The translations under genes were made by a program, and so were the position numbers. 64,000 bases of DNA from Sphyrna mokarran (Eukaryota), in the NCBI GenBank assembly GCA_024679065.1, contig JAGIQG010000001.1, forward strand, positions 99,882,001 through 99,946,000, in the 5' to 3' direction. The stretch's first letter is position 1. Each line of letters begins with the position of its first letter. The notes under the pieces were generated by a model, which had not been told where the DNA came from, searched no databases, and saw only the letters and a program-made list of their open reading frames with translations. Of the stretch, positions 49,637 through 62,325 are shown piece by piece.

Positions 49637-50009
49637 CTGGACTTCCAGAAGGCAATGACAAGGTGCCACACAAAGGTTAGTATGGGATTAGGAGTAATTT
49701 ATTAGCTTGCTTAGAGGATTGGCTAACCAACAAGAGCAGAGAATCAGGATAAATGGGTCTCTCTTGGGTTAGCAAGATGTATCTCATGGGGCACCATAAG
49801 GTACATTCCTTGGGCCCCATTATTTGTAATCCATATTAATGACTTGGTCATAAGTGTAGTATGTACCATAGCCAGGTTTCCAAATGACACTAAAATAGGT
49901 GGCATAATAAGCTACAATAACGAAATAAGACATTTATAAATGGATATCTATAGGCTAAGTGCAAGGCACTTAGCAAAACTTGGCAGATGGAATTTAACAC
50001 GGATGAGTG

Positions 50010-53000
50010 GGGGAAACTAATATGGCAGGGGGATAGGAGCCTTTGCAAGAATTCAGAGCAGGGAGAATTAAGAACAAGAGAAAAAACTGTAAGGACAATA
50101 AGGAAAGTGATAAGCAGAGAAATCAAGGGCCAGAGTCAGATGAGGACAAAGTAAAAAAAATAGTAAAGGGAAAAGAAACGTTAAAATGCTCACCTTTAGG
50201 TTTTGTACCTGAATGCACAGAACATTCAAAACAAAATGGATAAATTAGTTGCACAGTTAGATGTAAAGGGGTATGATATATTTGGCATTATGGAGACATG
50301 GGTCCAAGGTAAGCAAGGATGGGAGCTAAACATTTGAGGGCTATTCAGTGTTTAGGAAGGACAGATGGAAAGGAAAGATGATGAAATTTTAATTTTGATC
50401 GAAGATCATATTGATACAATATAGAGGAAAGACACTAACATAGATGATGTGGAATCTGTGTGGATTGAGTTAAGAAACAAGAACCATTAGTGGGAGTGGT
50501 TTACAGACCACCAAACTGTAGTGGTAATATTGGGAAAAGCATTAAATAGGAAACCAGAGAGGCATGTGTGAAAGGAACATCTGTGATTATGGATGACTTT
50601 AATCTGCATATAGATTGGAAGAGTCAATTTAGTCACAATACAATAGAGGAGGAATTTCTGGAGCGCATGCAGGATGTTTTTGGAGCAATAACTGAGGAAC
50701 CAATGAGGCAACAAGACACCTTGGACCAGGTGTTTTGCAACGAGAAAGGATTAGTTGGCAATCTAGTTGTGAGAGAATCTCTGGCGACAAGTGACGACAA
50801 TATAGTAGAATTCTTTGTCAAGGTGAATGGTGATGTAGTTGATTCTGAGACCAGGCTCCTGACTCTCAATAAAGGTAGCTATGATAATATGAGACATGGA
50901 TTGGCGATGACAGACTGGGAAACTTTATTGAATTTCATTCAATAAAGAAGATGAACAGGCAATGGCAGACAGCTAAAGAATGAATAAGTGAACTCCAAAA
51001 GTTGTTTATTCCTGTTTAGTGCAAGACTAATAAGGGAATTGTGGCCATACCACGGGTCACTAGGAAAATTAGAGATAGTATCAGATTCAAGGAAGATGCA
51101 TACAAATTGGTAAGAAAAAGCGATAGCCCTGAGGATTGGGAACAGTTTAAAATTCAGCAAAAGAGGACCAAGGGATTGAATAAAAAGGAAAAATAGAATA
51201 TAAAGTAAATTATCGGAGAATATAAAAACTGACTGTAAAATTTCTAAGGGAATATAAAGAAAAAAACTGACAAAAAGAAATGTAGGCCCCTTACAGTCAG
51301 AAATGGGCGAATTCATAATGGGCAATAAAGAGATGGCCAACGAATTAAATTTATATTTTGCTTCAATCTTCACAAAGGAAGACATGAATAACATACAAGA
51401 AGTGCTGAGAGAAACAGGTTTTAGTGAAGTGCTGAAAGAAATCAGCATTCGTAGAGAAATAGTTTTGGGGAAATGAATGGGATTGAAGGTGGATAAATTT
51501 CCAGATTCTGATAATCTTTATCCCAGAGTACTTAAGGGATGTGGTCTTGGAAACAGTAGATCCATTGGTGGTTATTTTCCAAAATTCTTTGGCCTCTGGG
51601 CTGGTTCATACATATTGGAGGGTAGCTGAAAGAAAATTACAGCTCTGAAATAAGCCTTTTGGCCCTTCTTATCTGTGCCAAGCCAATGTAAACCTGCTAT
51701 TCAAAAAGGGAGCTAGAAAGAAAGCAGAGGACTATAGATCAGTGAGCTTAACGTCGGTACCGGGAAAGTTGCTAGAATGTATTATCAAATATGTCATAAT
51801 TCAGCATTTGGAAGACAGTGGTGTAATCAGACAAAATCAACATAGATTTCCAAAAGAGAAATCATGCTTGAGGAATCTACTGGAATTTTTTGAGGATGTA
51901 ACTAGTAGAGTTGACTGAGAACCAGTGGGTGTGGTTTATTTAAACTTCAGAAGGCTTTTGACAAGGTCTTACATAACGGACTACAATGTAAAGTTGAAGC
52001 ACATGGGATTACAGGTAACATCTTGAAATGGATAGAAAACTTGTTAGCAGATAGGAAGCCAAGAGTTGACATAAATGGTATTTTTTTGATTGATTGATAG
52101 TGACTAGTGACTGCAGGGATCTGTGCTTGAACCCTAACAGTTCACATTATTTGATTAATGATTTGGAAGAGGGAACTGAATGCATTATTTCCAAATTTGC
52201 AGATGATACAAAGTTGAGTGGAAGGCTGAGCTGTGAGGAGGATGCAGAAATGTTTCAGCGTGATTTGTACAGACTGAGTGTATCGACATATGCATGGCAG
52301 ATACAGTATAATGTGGATAAATCTGAGGCTATCCATATTGGTAGCAACAATAGGAAAATAGGTTATTACATGACTAGGTGTAAATTGAGAGAGGTGGATA
52401 CTTAACGAGACTTTGGTGCCTTCGTGTATCAGTTGCTGAAAGTAAGCGTGCAAATACAGCAGGCAGAAAAGAAGACAAATGATATGTTGACCTTCATTCA
52501 GAGAGGATTTGAGTATTGGTACAAGAATGTTTTGATGCAATTATACCTGGCATTGATGAGGCCCAACTTGGGGTATTTTGTGCTGTTTTGGTGTCCTTAT
52601 CTGAAGAAGGATGCCTTTGCTATAAAGGGAGTACCAGGCTGATTCCTGGGATGGCAGGTCTGTAATATGAGAAGAGATTAAGTCAGCTAGGATTATATTC
52701 GCTGGCATTTAGTAGAGTGAAAGGATCTCATAGGAATATTAAAAATTCTAACTGGTTTAGACAGGATAGATTCAGGAAGAACGTTCCCAATGGTGGGAGA
52801 GTCCAGAACTAGGGGTCATAGTTTGAGGACACGTGGTCAACTTTTAGAGCAGAGTTTCAGAGAAATTTTTTCACCCAGAGGCTAGTGAATGTGTGGAATT
52901 CACTACCACAGAACATGATTGAGGCCAAACCGATCTCAAGAAGAAATTTAGATATAGCTGAAGTGCTAAAGTGATCAAAGGATATGGGGGGAAAGGGGGC

Positions 53001-53103
53001 ATCAGTATATTGCATTCAGTGATCACCCATGATCAAAATGAATGATGGAGCAGGCTCGAAGGGCCAATTGGCTGACTCCTGCTTCTAGTTTTGATGTTTC
53101 TAA
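50010..53103 (+). mobile_element. CR1 with near-complete decayed ORF2 (~3.1 kb)
   Basis: IMETW, VIMDDFNLHIDW, LATSDDN, ELNLYFASIFTKE, KAFDKV, INDLEEG...KFADDTKL, TRGHSL, 3'UTR. Confidence 0.92.
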
Positions 53104-53611
53104 GTTTGTAAGTGCAAGCTTATCCATTTTGGTAGGAAAAATATAAAGGCAAATTATTATCTAAATGGAGAAAATTTTAAAATCCTTCGCTGAAGAGAGA
53201 TCTGAGTGTTCTCATGCACAAGTCGCAGAAAGTTAGCATGCTGGTACAGCAGGTAATAAGGAACGCATTTGGAATCTTGGCATTTATTGCTAAAGGAATA
53301 GAATATCAATAGAAGTGTTGTACAAAGCATTAGTGAGACCGCATTTAGAATATTGTGTACAGTTTTGGTCCCCTTGCTTGAGGAGGGATGTAGTTGCATT
53401 GGAAGTGGTTCAGACAAGCTTCACTAGATTGATTCCAGATATGAGAGATTTGATTTGTGAAGAAAAATTGGATAGTTTAGGCCCATACTCCCTGGAAATT
53501 ATAAAATGAAAGGAAATCTAATTGAGGTATACGAGATAACAAGGGGGATTGACAAAGTCGATTATGTTTTCCCTTATAGGGCAAGCTAGAACAATAGGTC
53601 ATAATTTTAGA

Positions 53612-54880
53612 GTCATAGAGGTTTATAGCATGGAAACAGGCCCTTTGGCCCAACTTGTCCATGCCACCCTTATTTTGTTTTAGAACTCCTAAACTAATCC
53701 TAATTGCCTGCATTTGGCCCATATTCTTCTATACCTATCATATCCATCTAATTATCTAAATGTTTTTTAAAAGATAAAATTGTACCCTCCTCCACTACTA
53801 CCTCTGGCAGCTTGTTTCAGACACTTGCCATCCTCTGTGTAAAAAAAATTGTTCCTCTGGACACTTTTGTATCTCTTCCATCTCACCTTAAACTTATGCC
53901 TTCTACTTTTAGACTCCCCTACCTTTGGGAAAAGATATTGACTTTTTACCTTGTCTATGCTCCTCATTATTTTATAGACCTCCATAAGGTCATCCCTCAG
54001 CCTCCTACACTCCAGCGAAAATAGTCCCAGTCTATTCAGCTTTTTCTTATAACTCAATCCAAGGTCCCAATAGCAAATTAATAAATCCTTTCTGCACTTA
54101 TTCTAATTGAATAATATCCCTTCTATAAATAGAGTGACCAGAACTGCAGACAGTATTCCAAATGTGCCCTTACCAACGTCTTGTACAACTTCAACAAGAT
54201 ATCTCATCTCCTGTAATCAATGTTCTGATTGACGAAACCAAGCATGCCAAATGCCTTCTTCACTACACTATCCACCTGTGACTTCACTTTCAAGGAGCTA
54301 CAAACCTGTACCCATAGACCTTTTTGTTCTGTAACTCTCCCCAAAGGCCTACTATTAACTGAGTAAGTTCTGCCCTGGTTCAATCTACCAAAATGCATCA
54401 CCTCACATTTGTTTAAATTAAACTCCACCTGACTGTCATTCATCAGCCCACTGGCCCAATTGATCAAGATCCCATTGCAATTAGAGATAATTTTCTTCAC
54501 TATCCATTATGCTACCAATCCTGGTGTCATCCACAAACATATTAACCAGGCCTCCTATACTCTCATCCAAATCATTAATATAAATGACAAATAACAGTGC
54601 ATGACTGATCCCTGAGGCATACCACCGGTCACAGGCCTTCAATTTTAAAACAACTCTCTACAACCATCCTCTGGCTTCTGTCAAGAAGCCAATTTTGTAT
54701 CCATTTATATATTTCACTCTGGATCTCGTGAGATTTAATTTTACTCAACAACCTACTATGCGGTACCTTGTCAAAAGCCTTGCTAAAGTCCATGTAGACA
54801 ACATCAACTGCACTGCCCTCATATACCTTCTTGGTTACCCCTTCAAAAAACTCAATTTATGAGACATGACTTTCCACTGG
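53612..54880 (-). mobile_element. CR1 3' ~1.3 kb
   Basis: ORFs 53767-54057 and 54204-54500 (VEFNLNKCEVMHFGR, LGLFSLECRRLRDDL). Confidence 0.92.
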
Positions 54881-56094
54881 AAAATCTGCTACCCCTCGTT
54901 CTTAGGATAAGGATAAGGAGTAGGGTAAAGAGTAGCAGATTTAAAACAGAGATGAGGAGAATTTACTTTTCTCAAAGGATAATGAGTTTGTGGAATTCAC
55001 TATCACCAGAGTGTGATAGCACTTCGAGTAAATTTAAGGAAGAGTGGCCAGGTTATTAAGTCATAAGGGTTTGAAGGGCTTCATATATTGGGCAGATAAG
55101 TGGAGGTGAGACTATGATGAGATAAGTCATGATCACATTAAATGACAGAGCAGGCTCAAGGGGTTAAATTGCTTCCTCTTACACCTAGTTCTTATGATCC
55201 TAGTGAAACTTGAACTCATCAGAATGAGCCCCACCCTGCTCCTTGATTGGCTCTCCAGGTCATGTGATTTATAGTCAGCAGATGGATCTTTAAAGTGGCA
55301 ACACCACAGGGGCCTAACCTCAATCACTGTCCATATTCCTAGGTGGCATGTTATCCCATCAGTCAGACAACTTAGAGTAAGAATGCACTCTTTCCAAATT
55401 CCATCACAGAGACTGTTATCAGACAAAATAGCCTTTTGACATAATTTGTAAGCCTAAGATTCAACCAGAAATTTTGGGAAAATAAGCTAATGAATTGCCT
55501 AGAGTATAGCAAATTCACTTCACTTCAGTGAATTGTCAGTCACAATTTACTGACAATTGAATTGTTTGTCAGACATTTATAATTAAATTTGCTGAACTTG
55601 CTGAGCCCAAAGGTATAAATAAATCCAATTACGAGAAAGAGTAGATAGTTCAGGCCAGTGAGATGTTAATGCTTTAATATTTGAAGATGAGGCCTTGGAT
55701 TGAGACAAGGTGAAGGACGGTGTTCCAACAACATCCACACTATTTGTTTTGGAAAATTGACTATATGCAGATTCACACAATGAAAATCATTGAAGAAAGG
55801 AAAAAAAAGATGGATACATTTCTGGGCAGATCCAAATAATGGTTTAACCAAAGGCTGCAGGATGTAATTGAGTATTGTACTTTTAAGAAGAACCTTCAGA
55901 GGATAGAGTGGCCTGTCATTAGTGGCAACTAACCCCATCCTCCAAAAAAGCATATAAAAGGTTGAACCTATTGGCAATATTTCCTGCAGGGACAAGAGAC
56001 CAGCAGTGCAGTGGAGGCTAGGGGAAAGTCCAGCTAGATTTGCTCAGTTGAATCTGACCGAGTACTGGAAGTAGACCCTGCATGATTGTAAAAT

Positions 56095-56375
56095 GGTAGC
56101 ACAGTGACACAATGGTTAACACTGCTGCTTCACGGCACTAGGGACCCAAGTTTGATTTCCGGCCTGCCTCATTGTCTGTGTGGAGTTTGCACATTCTCGC
56201 CATGTCTGTGTGGGTTTCTCTGGGTGTTCCAGTTTTGTCCCATATGTTGAAAGACATGCTGGTTAGTTGCATTGATCCAAACAGGTGTTGGATTGTGGTG
56301 ACTAGGGGAATTTAACTGTAACTTCATTGCAGTGTTAACGTAAGTCTTATTTGTGACTAATAAATTTACATTACT
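56095..56375 (+). mobile_element. HE1/V-SINE (tail type 2)
   Basis: Head, V-domain and tail gtaacttcattgcagtgttaacgtaag. Confidence 0.85.
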
Positions 56376-57495
56376 TAACCAGTCTGTAACATATTTGTGC
56401 TAAGCGTTGTTGAAACATTTACAGGCTGGAAACAGAATAACACAGGTGGAACATCCATTTGCTGGGAGTACAGTAACAAAGCAGCTGTTATGTTACTATT
56501 ATTCTCCATTCTCTTCTTTCCTCAACCTTTTGGATCTGTAATCATTTTCTGTAACCATTTTAATTTTCCTGTTATCATTTCATGTCAGTGTCTGCTTTAA
56601 ATCTACAACCGTGGATACAAGTAAATTAACCCCATTAAGCAAAACAAGCTTTTATGTGAGTTGTCAATTTATTCTCTTCAAATTCAGAACAAATGATGAG
56701 TAGGGTGGCTGTTTTATAAAAGATAAAAAGTCCAGCGTAAGGAAATGGAAAAATAAGCAATGTTCTTGGTGATAGATGGCGAGTAAGTGAGTTGGAGCAG
56801 TTGGGGCTTTGGAAAAATGAGAGAAAAATTTTTGGTCAGGAGGTGAAGGTATCAACTGTTGACAGATAGTGATCCAGATCTATTGGGTTCTTCTAAAGAC
56901 AGAAGCTTATGGGCTTTTAGACCTATCTGTGAGCACTGAGGATCATATTATGGTGCTTTTGGGTAACAAGTAGATTAGATGACTCCACCATCCACACATA
57001 CCTAACAGATGACTCTAGCAATGGGCACAACTCTGGAGTATATTGTTCTATTCTATTGTTCTATTGTTCTATATTAAGGATTCCACCACAATCTGTGCTT
57101 CATCCATGAATATCACCATAGAAATCTAAGGTTGCAGACTGTGTTTTCCTGATCTCTAAATGACAATCTGGCTACAGGCAAGTATCTCCCAAAACTTTAT
57201 TCTGATGCTTTAATTTACCACAGATCCACCATGATGGGAAAGTTTATTAGAATGGCGGGAAAAGATAAGGATGATGTTGCTGTCTCTTGCTAAATGCATG
57301 GATGTCCTCCATCTTATACATCAGATGCGATCTAGGATTGGAAAGAACTACTTGAAAGTAAATCAGTATCAGAGAAGTGGAGATATTGAAAGAAGAGCTA
57401 ACGATAGTCCAGAATCAATTGGTTTCACCAAGAAAAGTGGAGGGACTCCCAAGTCTGGACCCATCAGATGTCAATGTGGATAAAGAGTAAGATAA

Positions 57496-57764
57496 GAATC
57501 ATAGAGTTCTTGCAGTGCAGAAGGCCATTCAGTCCATCGAGACTGCACTGACAACAATCCCACCTACGTCCAATCCTTGTAATTCTCCCTATTTATGCTG
57601 CTAATCCCCTTGACACTAAGGGGCAATTTTGCATGGCCAATCAACTTAATCCACACATTTTTGGACTGTGGGACCACCTGTAGGAAACCAACACAGACAC
57701 AGGAAGAACATGCAGACTCCACATAGACAGTGACCCAAGGCTGGAATTGAACCTGGATCCTTGG
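57496..57764 (-). mobile_element. HE1/V-SINE (CR1-type tail)
   Basis: Reverse complement of V-domain and gatggactgaatggccttctgcactgcaagaactctatgattct. Confidence 0.85.
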
Positions 57765-58302
57765 GTGAGATTTAAAAGGAAATTAAGAAAGCAAAAGAAA
57801 AACAGGAAAAAATGCTAGTAAGTAAAATCAAACAAAACTCAAAAGATTATTTGTAAGGAAATGAAGAGCAAGAGGACAACTAGACAATAATAGGGCCAGT
57901 TAGAAACTAAAAGGTAATTTTTAAGCAGAGGTGGAATATGGGGCATAATTCTTTGCATCTGTTTTACACAACAGAGGGACAAAGTAGACATTATAGTCAT
58001 GGAATGTGAAATATTGGATGGAATAAACATAATGAAAGAAAATGTATTAAGGTGCATTGCATCTTTAAAAGCAGATAACCATCAGGCCCAGTTGAAAACC
58101 CAGATTATAAAGAGAAGCAAGGGAAGAAATAGCAAAGACTCTGATATTCACACTCCAATCTTCTCAGGTTTCAGGAGGATTCAAGGGCTGCCAAACATTT
58201 CACCATTGTTTAAAAAAGGAAAAAGTGATGTCTAAAGTATTTTCAGGTCATTCAGCCTAATCACAGTTGTGGGCAACTTATTGGAACAAATTCTGAGAGA
58301 TG

Positions 58303-58915
58303 GTGGCTGGGATTCTCTGAAATTTTGGCAAAGTGTCAAGTTGGGCAGGATAACTGGGGTGTTATCCATCACTGGCAGCAGTTCATTCAGCCACTTAGAA
58401 TGGTACTAAACTTATCCATGGCATGGATAGACTCTGATTCACTGGCCTATACTCAGGCTAATTGCTTCAACTTATAGGGAATGACGCTTCAACACATCCC
58501 CAGCAAATCGTCCAAATCAGGAAGATCGCACCACATTTCTCAAACCAGGAGCTCGCCAGACTGCTGCAAGGGATGGAGATGAGGGTTTGATACCTTTAGC
58601 TGGGGTCGGGAGGAGGCCCTCCAGCAAGGTCACTAACAAGGAATGGGCAACAATGGCAGTGCTGGTAGGTGCCAACTCTCTGCACAGGAGGTCAAGAGTG
58701 CAGTGTAGGAAGAGGATGAATGACCTTCTCCGGTCAGCCTTGGTAAATCACTGTATCCAAACACACATCTGTCACATGGCATACTTACACTCTTCCAAGT
58801 TGCTCCATTGCAGGAAAAGAATGCTCACAACTGCTAGGAGAAAGAAAAGATGGGCGGAGGGATAGCCAAGTTAAAATTGCTCATGAAGTTTGAGGAGAGA
58901 GCTATTTGCCGGGGA
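58303..58915 (+). mobile_element. Harbinger transposon fragment with intron-containing Myb/SANT-like gene
   Basis: Terminus ggctgggattctc. Exon 1 KIAPHFSNQELARLL...KEWATMAVLV...RSRVQCRKRMNDLLRSA; GT-AG intron 58743-58813; exon 2 EKNAHNC*EKEKMGGG...FEERAI. Confidence 0.8.
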
Positions 58916-59469
58916 GGCATTGTGTCTAATTATGGATAGAAAGAAATCAGGACAAGTCAATAGTGTGGTCAAGATGACAAAAAGACTATTAACTGAGGCC
59001 TAGAGCATAAGAGCAGAGAATTTGTGCTGAAACTATGTAAATAAATCACTGAATACACTGTATTTACATTACTTTGTCCAATTTAGGTCAGCACATTGTG
59101 GGAAGAATGTGCCCAAATTAAAGAGGGTATAGAAGTGTTACTAGAAATAGAGAAATTTAGCTATGAGATATAAGTTTGAATTGTTTCCTTTGGAGCAGAT
59201 GAGGCTGTGCAAATATTTATTTGAGACATGTAAAATTATGAAGGGCCATAATAGAATGGATAAGAGGGGTCTAATTTTATTAACAGAGAAGTAAATAAAC
59301 AAAGGGTATCGAGTTGAAGTAATTGTCAGAAGGATTAAAGGGAAGTTGAGGGAATTTGTTTTATTCTGAGGGCAGTGTTTGTCTGAAACTTTCTGCTTAG
59401 AAAAGTGGTAGAAGCTCGTGCTTGAATGTGCACTTAAGCCGTTGTAACCTACATGGTTACAGACCAAAG

Positions 59470-59990
59470 ATGGAATCTTGTGCCTTCCCCCATCGCAGAT
59501 TTGGTGAGGGGGGCATTTAATCAGATGTTAGGATGGAGACTCTGTTGCCTTCCCACCTCCATCCTGATTAAATTATGTGACAGGAAAGCCTGTGTCAGCC
59601 TCCCCACCCCATGAATTGTGGCCCTTAAGTGGGTAATTAATGCCCATTTAAGGGCCTCGTCCCACCATTGCATCATTAACCCAGTGAGAGGTGGGAACTG
59701 AACATGTGGGGAACATGACAAGGGACTGCTTGTGGGCTCCCAAGTAGCATCTCTCTTGATAGAGAAACCCATCATCGGGAAAGAGTAGGTGACTGTGAAT
59801 CACATCATTGCCAAGGCAGAGAAGACCTCCGCTTTAGGGGTCCTTGATTCCAAGGTGAAAGCCTGCCACTGGCCTGAGAGGAATAAGATGAAGTGACTCT
59901 TCTGAAAAAGATGTAATGCCGAGCCCTTGCCACTTCTCCAGCCAGCAGACAAGATTCCTATGGCTTCCACAAGATTGGCTCCAAGTGCTG
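59470..59990. mobile_element. Non-autonomous DNA transposon with internal hairpin
   Basis: ggcccttaagtgggta-attaa-tgcccatttaagggcc hairpin; ends ggaatcttgt / acaagatt. Confidence 0.5.
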
Positions 59991-60399
59991 AAAGGTATGA
60001 TTAAATTGGGTAACTCTTTTTCAGCCAGCAAGAACATGCTAGGCCAAACAGCTTCCATTTCTATTATAAATCTTCCTATGACAGGAGGTTGACAGCAATA
60101 CAGATTTATAAAAGTAAAAGTTATTTTTTTGTATTACAAGTGACAGTGCAAAAACACCTATGGCCTGTCTCATGCAATTGAGGCTGGAGCTGTAATAATG
60201 TGACTTCTATGGAGAATTAACATCCCAATTGGAGATTTCTGTGAACACGCTGAGGTAGGATTGCACCGGTGACTGAACAGTTATGGTGATGTAAGACCTG
60301 ATCCAATCCAGATATACTGGACTCCTCTAACCTTCCTTTCCCTTCAAGGAAGAATGACGGCCAGGGGGATTCCCTTGGCTCTATTTAGGCTGCATCCTC

Positions 60400-61260
60400 T
60401 TGAATGGAGAAACAGGCACAGGTGGAAGATATAGTCTGACTTCCAGAAGTTTGGAATAATTTCAATTTTGAAAACATAGCAAAACATGTAATAAGCCGCA
60501 GAGTTAATGGGAATGAGCCGAATGAGTGCTCATACCAAGTTGCAAAACAGATGAGTCCATTTTAAGAGAAAGGATCCCACAGTACAACCATGCCTCCCAT
60601 GAGGCGGCCATGTTATTTGAACAATGAGTGCCTGGAGCGCTGTTCTGCCACTTTGACCACATTATGGAGCTTTGACCTCATTAATGTTTTCTTCTAGGCC
60701 TTAATGATCCCAGCACACAGCAGGTGCACAGCTTTCAGAGCCACATGCACTTCTACATTGTAATATGAAGCACAGTGCCAACGGACACTGAGTAGGCTTC
60801 TTGACTTGCTAACCAGCACACCATGAACAGTGTTATTAGCTCCAGTCTCCCCTTTAAACTGACAGTTTTTGTCAAGGCAGTCATCCCATCAATCATTAAT
60901 CTGCAAAACAGATCTTCAGTTCTCAAAATCTATCAGAATTCACAAATGCAGTGGCAGGAGACAATTTTCAACTATGCTTTATTTTGAACATTCATATTAA
61001 ACTAATTAACTAGTAAAGTGGAGAAGGTCTCCTTTAAATAAGACAGGTAGCCACTGTGGGAAATTTAACTTTGCACTAATTAAATATTTTCCATACATTT
61101 GTCAATGTCAGAATGTAACTGGTCTCAGTGTAGTGAAAAAATGTTAAAGACGTCAAGAATTTCTTTAATACAATTCTGAAAGAATGTTTTCTACTAACTG
61201 GCTGCACATTATCATATTCCGTGACTAATTCAGCTGTCTCTTACTGAATGTTTTCCCACA
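60400..61260. promoter_or_regulatory. Candidate conserved non-coding element
   Basis: Repeat-free; SOX AACAATG (60620), CTTTGACC x2 (60651, 60670), TGACAG, ATCAATCA, retained CpGs. Confidence 0.4.
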
Positions 61261-61669
61261 CAATGTCATTAGAGATCTGTCATTCAGAACTAATAAAAAT
61301 GATTTTATGGCCCTTGTTTGGGGGGGATTTTAAAGGTTATAGCCTGTATTTTACATTTCGAAGTCAGACCCTGACCACAAGTAAAATTGCACGGAATGAC
61401 GGAGGGCATGTGTCCCAACATCATCATGAATATGTGCAATATTGAGGGGCGGGGCGGGGGGGGGGATGCGAGGGAGACAGAACAGTGCCCGCTGTCAATT
61501 AATGGGTCAATTAAGACCATTACACGAGCCAGATTTTAAGTTGCCCGTGCAACTTTGCATTCATCACATGGGCAAAAAGTGCAGGCAGGTGGTACATTAT
61601 TATTAATTTGTCATCCAACAGTGGGTTAAAAGGCTCTGAAAGCACAAACACTCTCATTTTATTTCTGAT

Positions 61670-61960
61670 TTTGCTGCTGTCACATTTCCTAATTTTGGCA
61701 AATTTCCTTTTGATTGTGATAGTTTTTGAAACTGGTTCACCAACAAATCTGTGCCAAAAGTTCCAACAAAATAGATCAGCCTGTACAAACCATTAAAAAT
61801 GTCCCTGAACTCACACACAAATCCTCTCACTATAATGACCAACAACATATTAGTTGCCTTCTTTATCACCTGCTGTACCTGCATGCTAACCTTGAGTGTA
61901 TGAGGACATCCAGATCTCATTACATATTCCCCTCTCTCAATGTATAGCCATTCAGATAAT
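61670..61960 (-). mobile_element. CR1 ORF2 fragment
   Basis: ORF 61654-61980 LKVSMQVQQVIKKATNML. Confidence 0.75.
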
Positions 61961-61961
61961 A

Positions 61962-62325
61962 AGTCATGTGGCTCAGCCAACGTTGTCTACCTGATAGCTG
62001 TGGGAAAGGATGTCCCAAGGCATGATACATCAGTGAGGCCACGCAGGCACTACAACAACAAATGAATGGACACCGTGCAACAATCACCAGGCAGGAGTGT
62101 TCTTTTCCGGTCAGAAAACACTTCAGCAGTCAAGGGCATTCAGTCTCTGATTTTCAGTGTTCTTCAAGGCGGCCTTCAAGAACATGTCAATGCAGAATTG
62201 CCAAGAAGAAACTGATAGCCAGTTCCACATACATGAGGACGGCCTCAACCAGGATTCTGCATTCGTATCACACTACGTGTAGCCCCCACCATTTGGCCTG
62301 GGCTCACAAAATCTTATTAACTGTA
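61962..62325 (+). mobile_element. Decayed Penelope GIY-YIG fragment
   Basis: SCGSANVVYLI...MNGHRATITRQECSFPVRKHFSSQGH, homologous to 32075-32440. Confidence 0.85.

Larger units (their letters stand above)
47620..55200 (+). mobile_element. Old CR1 (host) fragmented by three large nested insertions
   Basis: Reading resumes across each insertion: VNL|DFQKA (48877/49637), WQMEFNTDE|CKLIHFGRKN (50009/53110), GHNF|...SRFKTEMRR (53610/54910); 3' tail near 55195. Confidence 0.75.
57765..60080 (+). mobile_element. Old CR1 remnant interrupted by two DNA elements
   Basis: KKEIKKAK...KIKQNSK, NISPLFKKG (57765-58300); RT C-terminal pieces 58990-59465; 3'UTR near 59990-60080. Confidence 0.65.
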
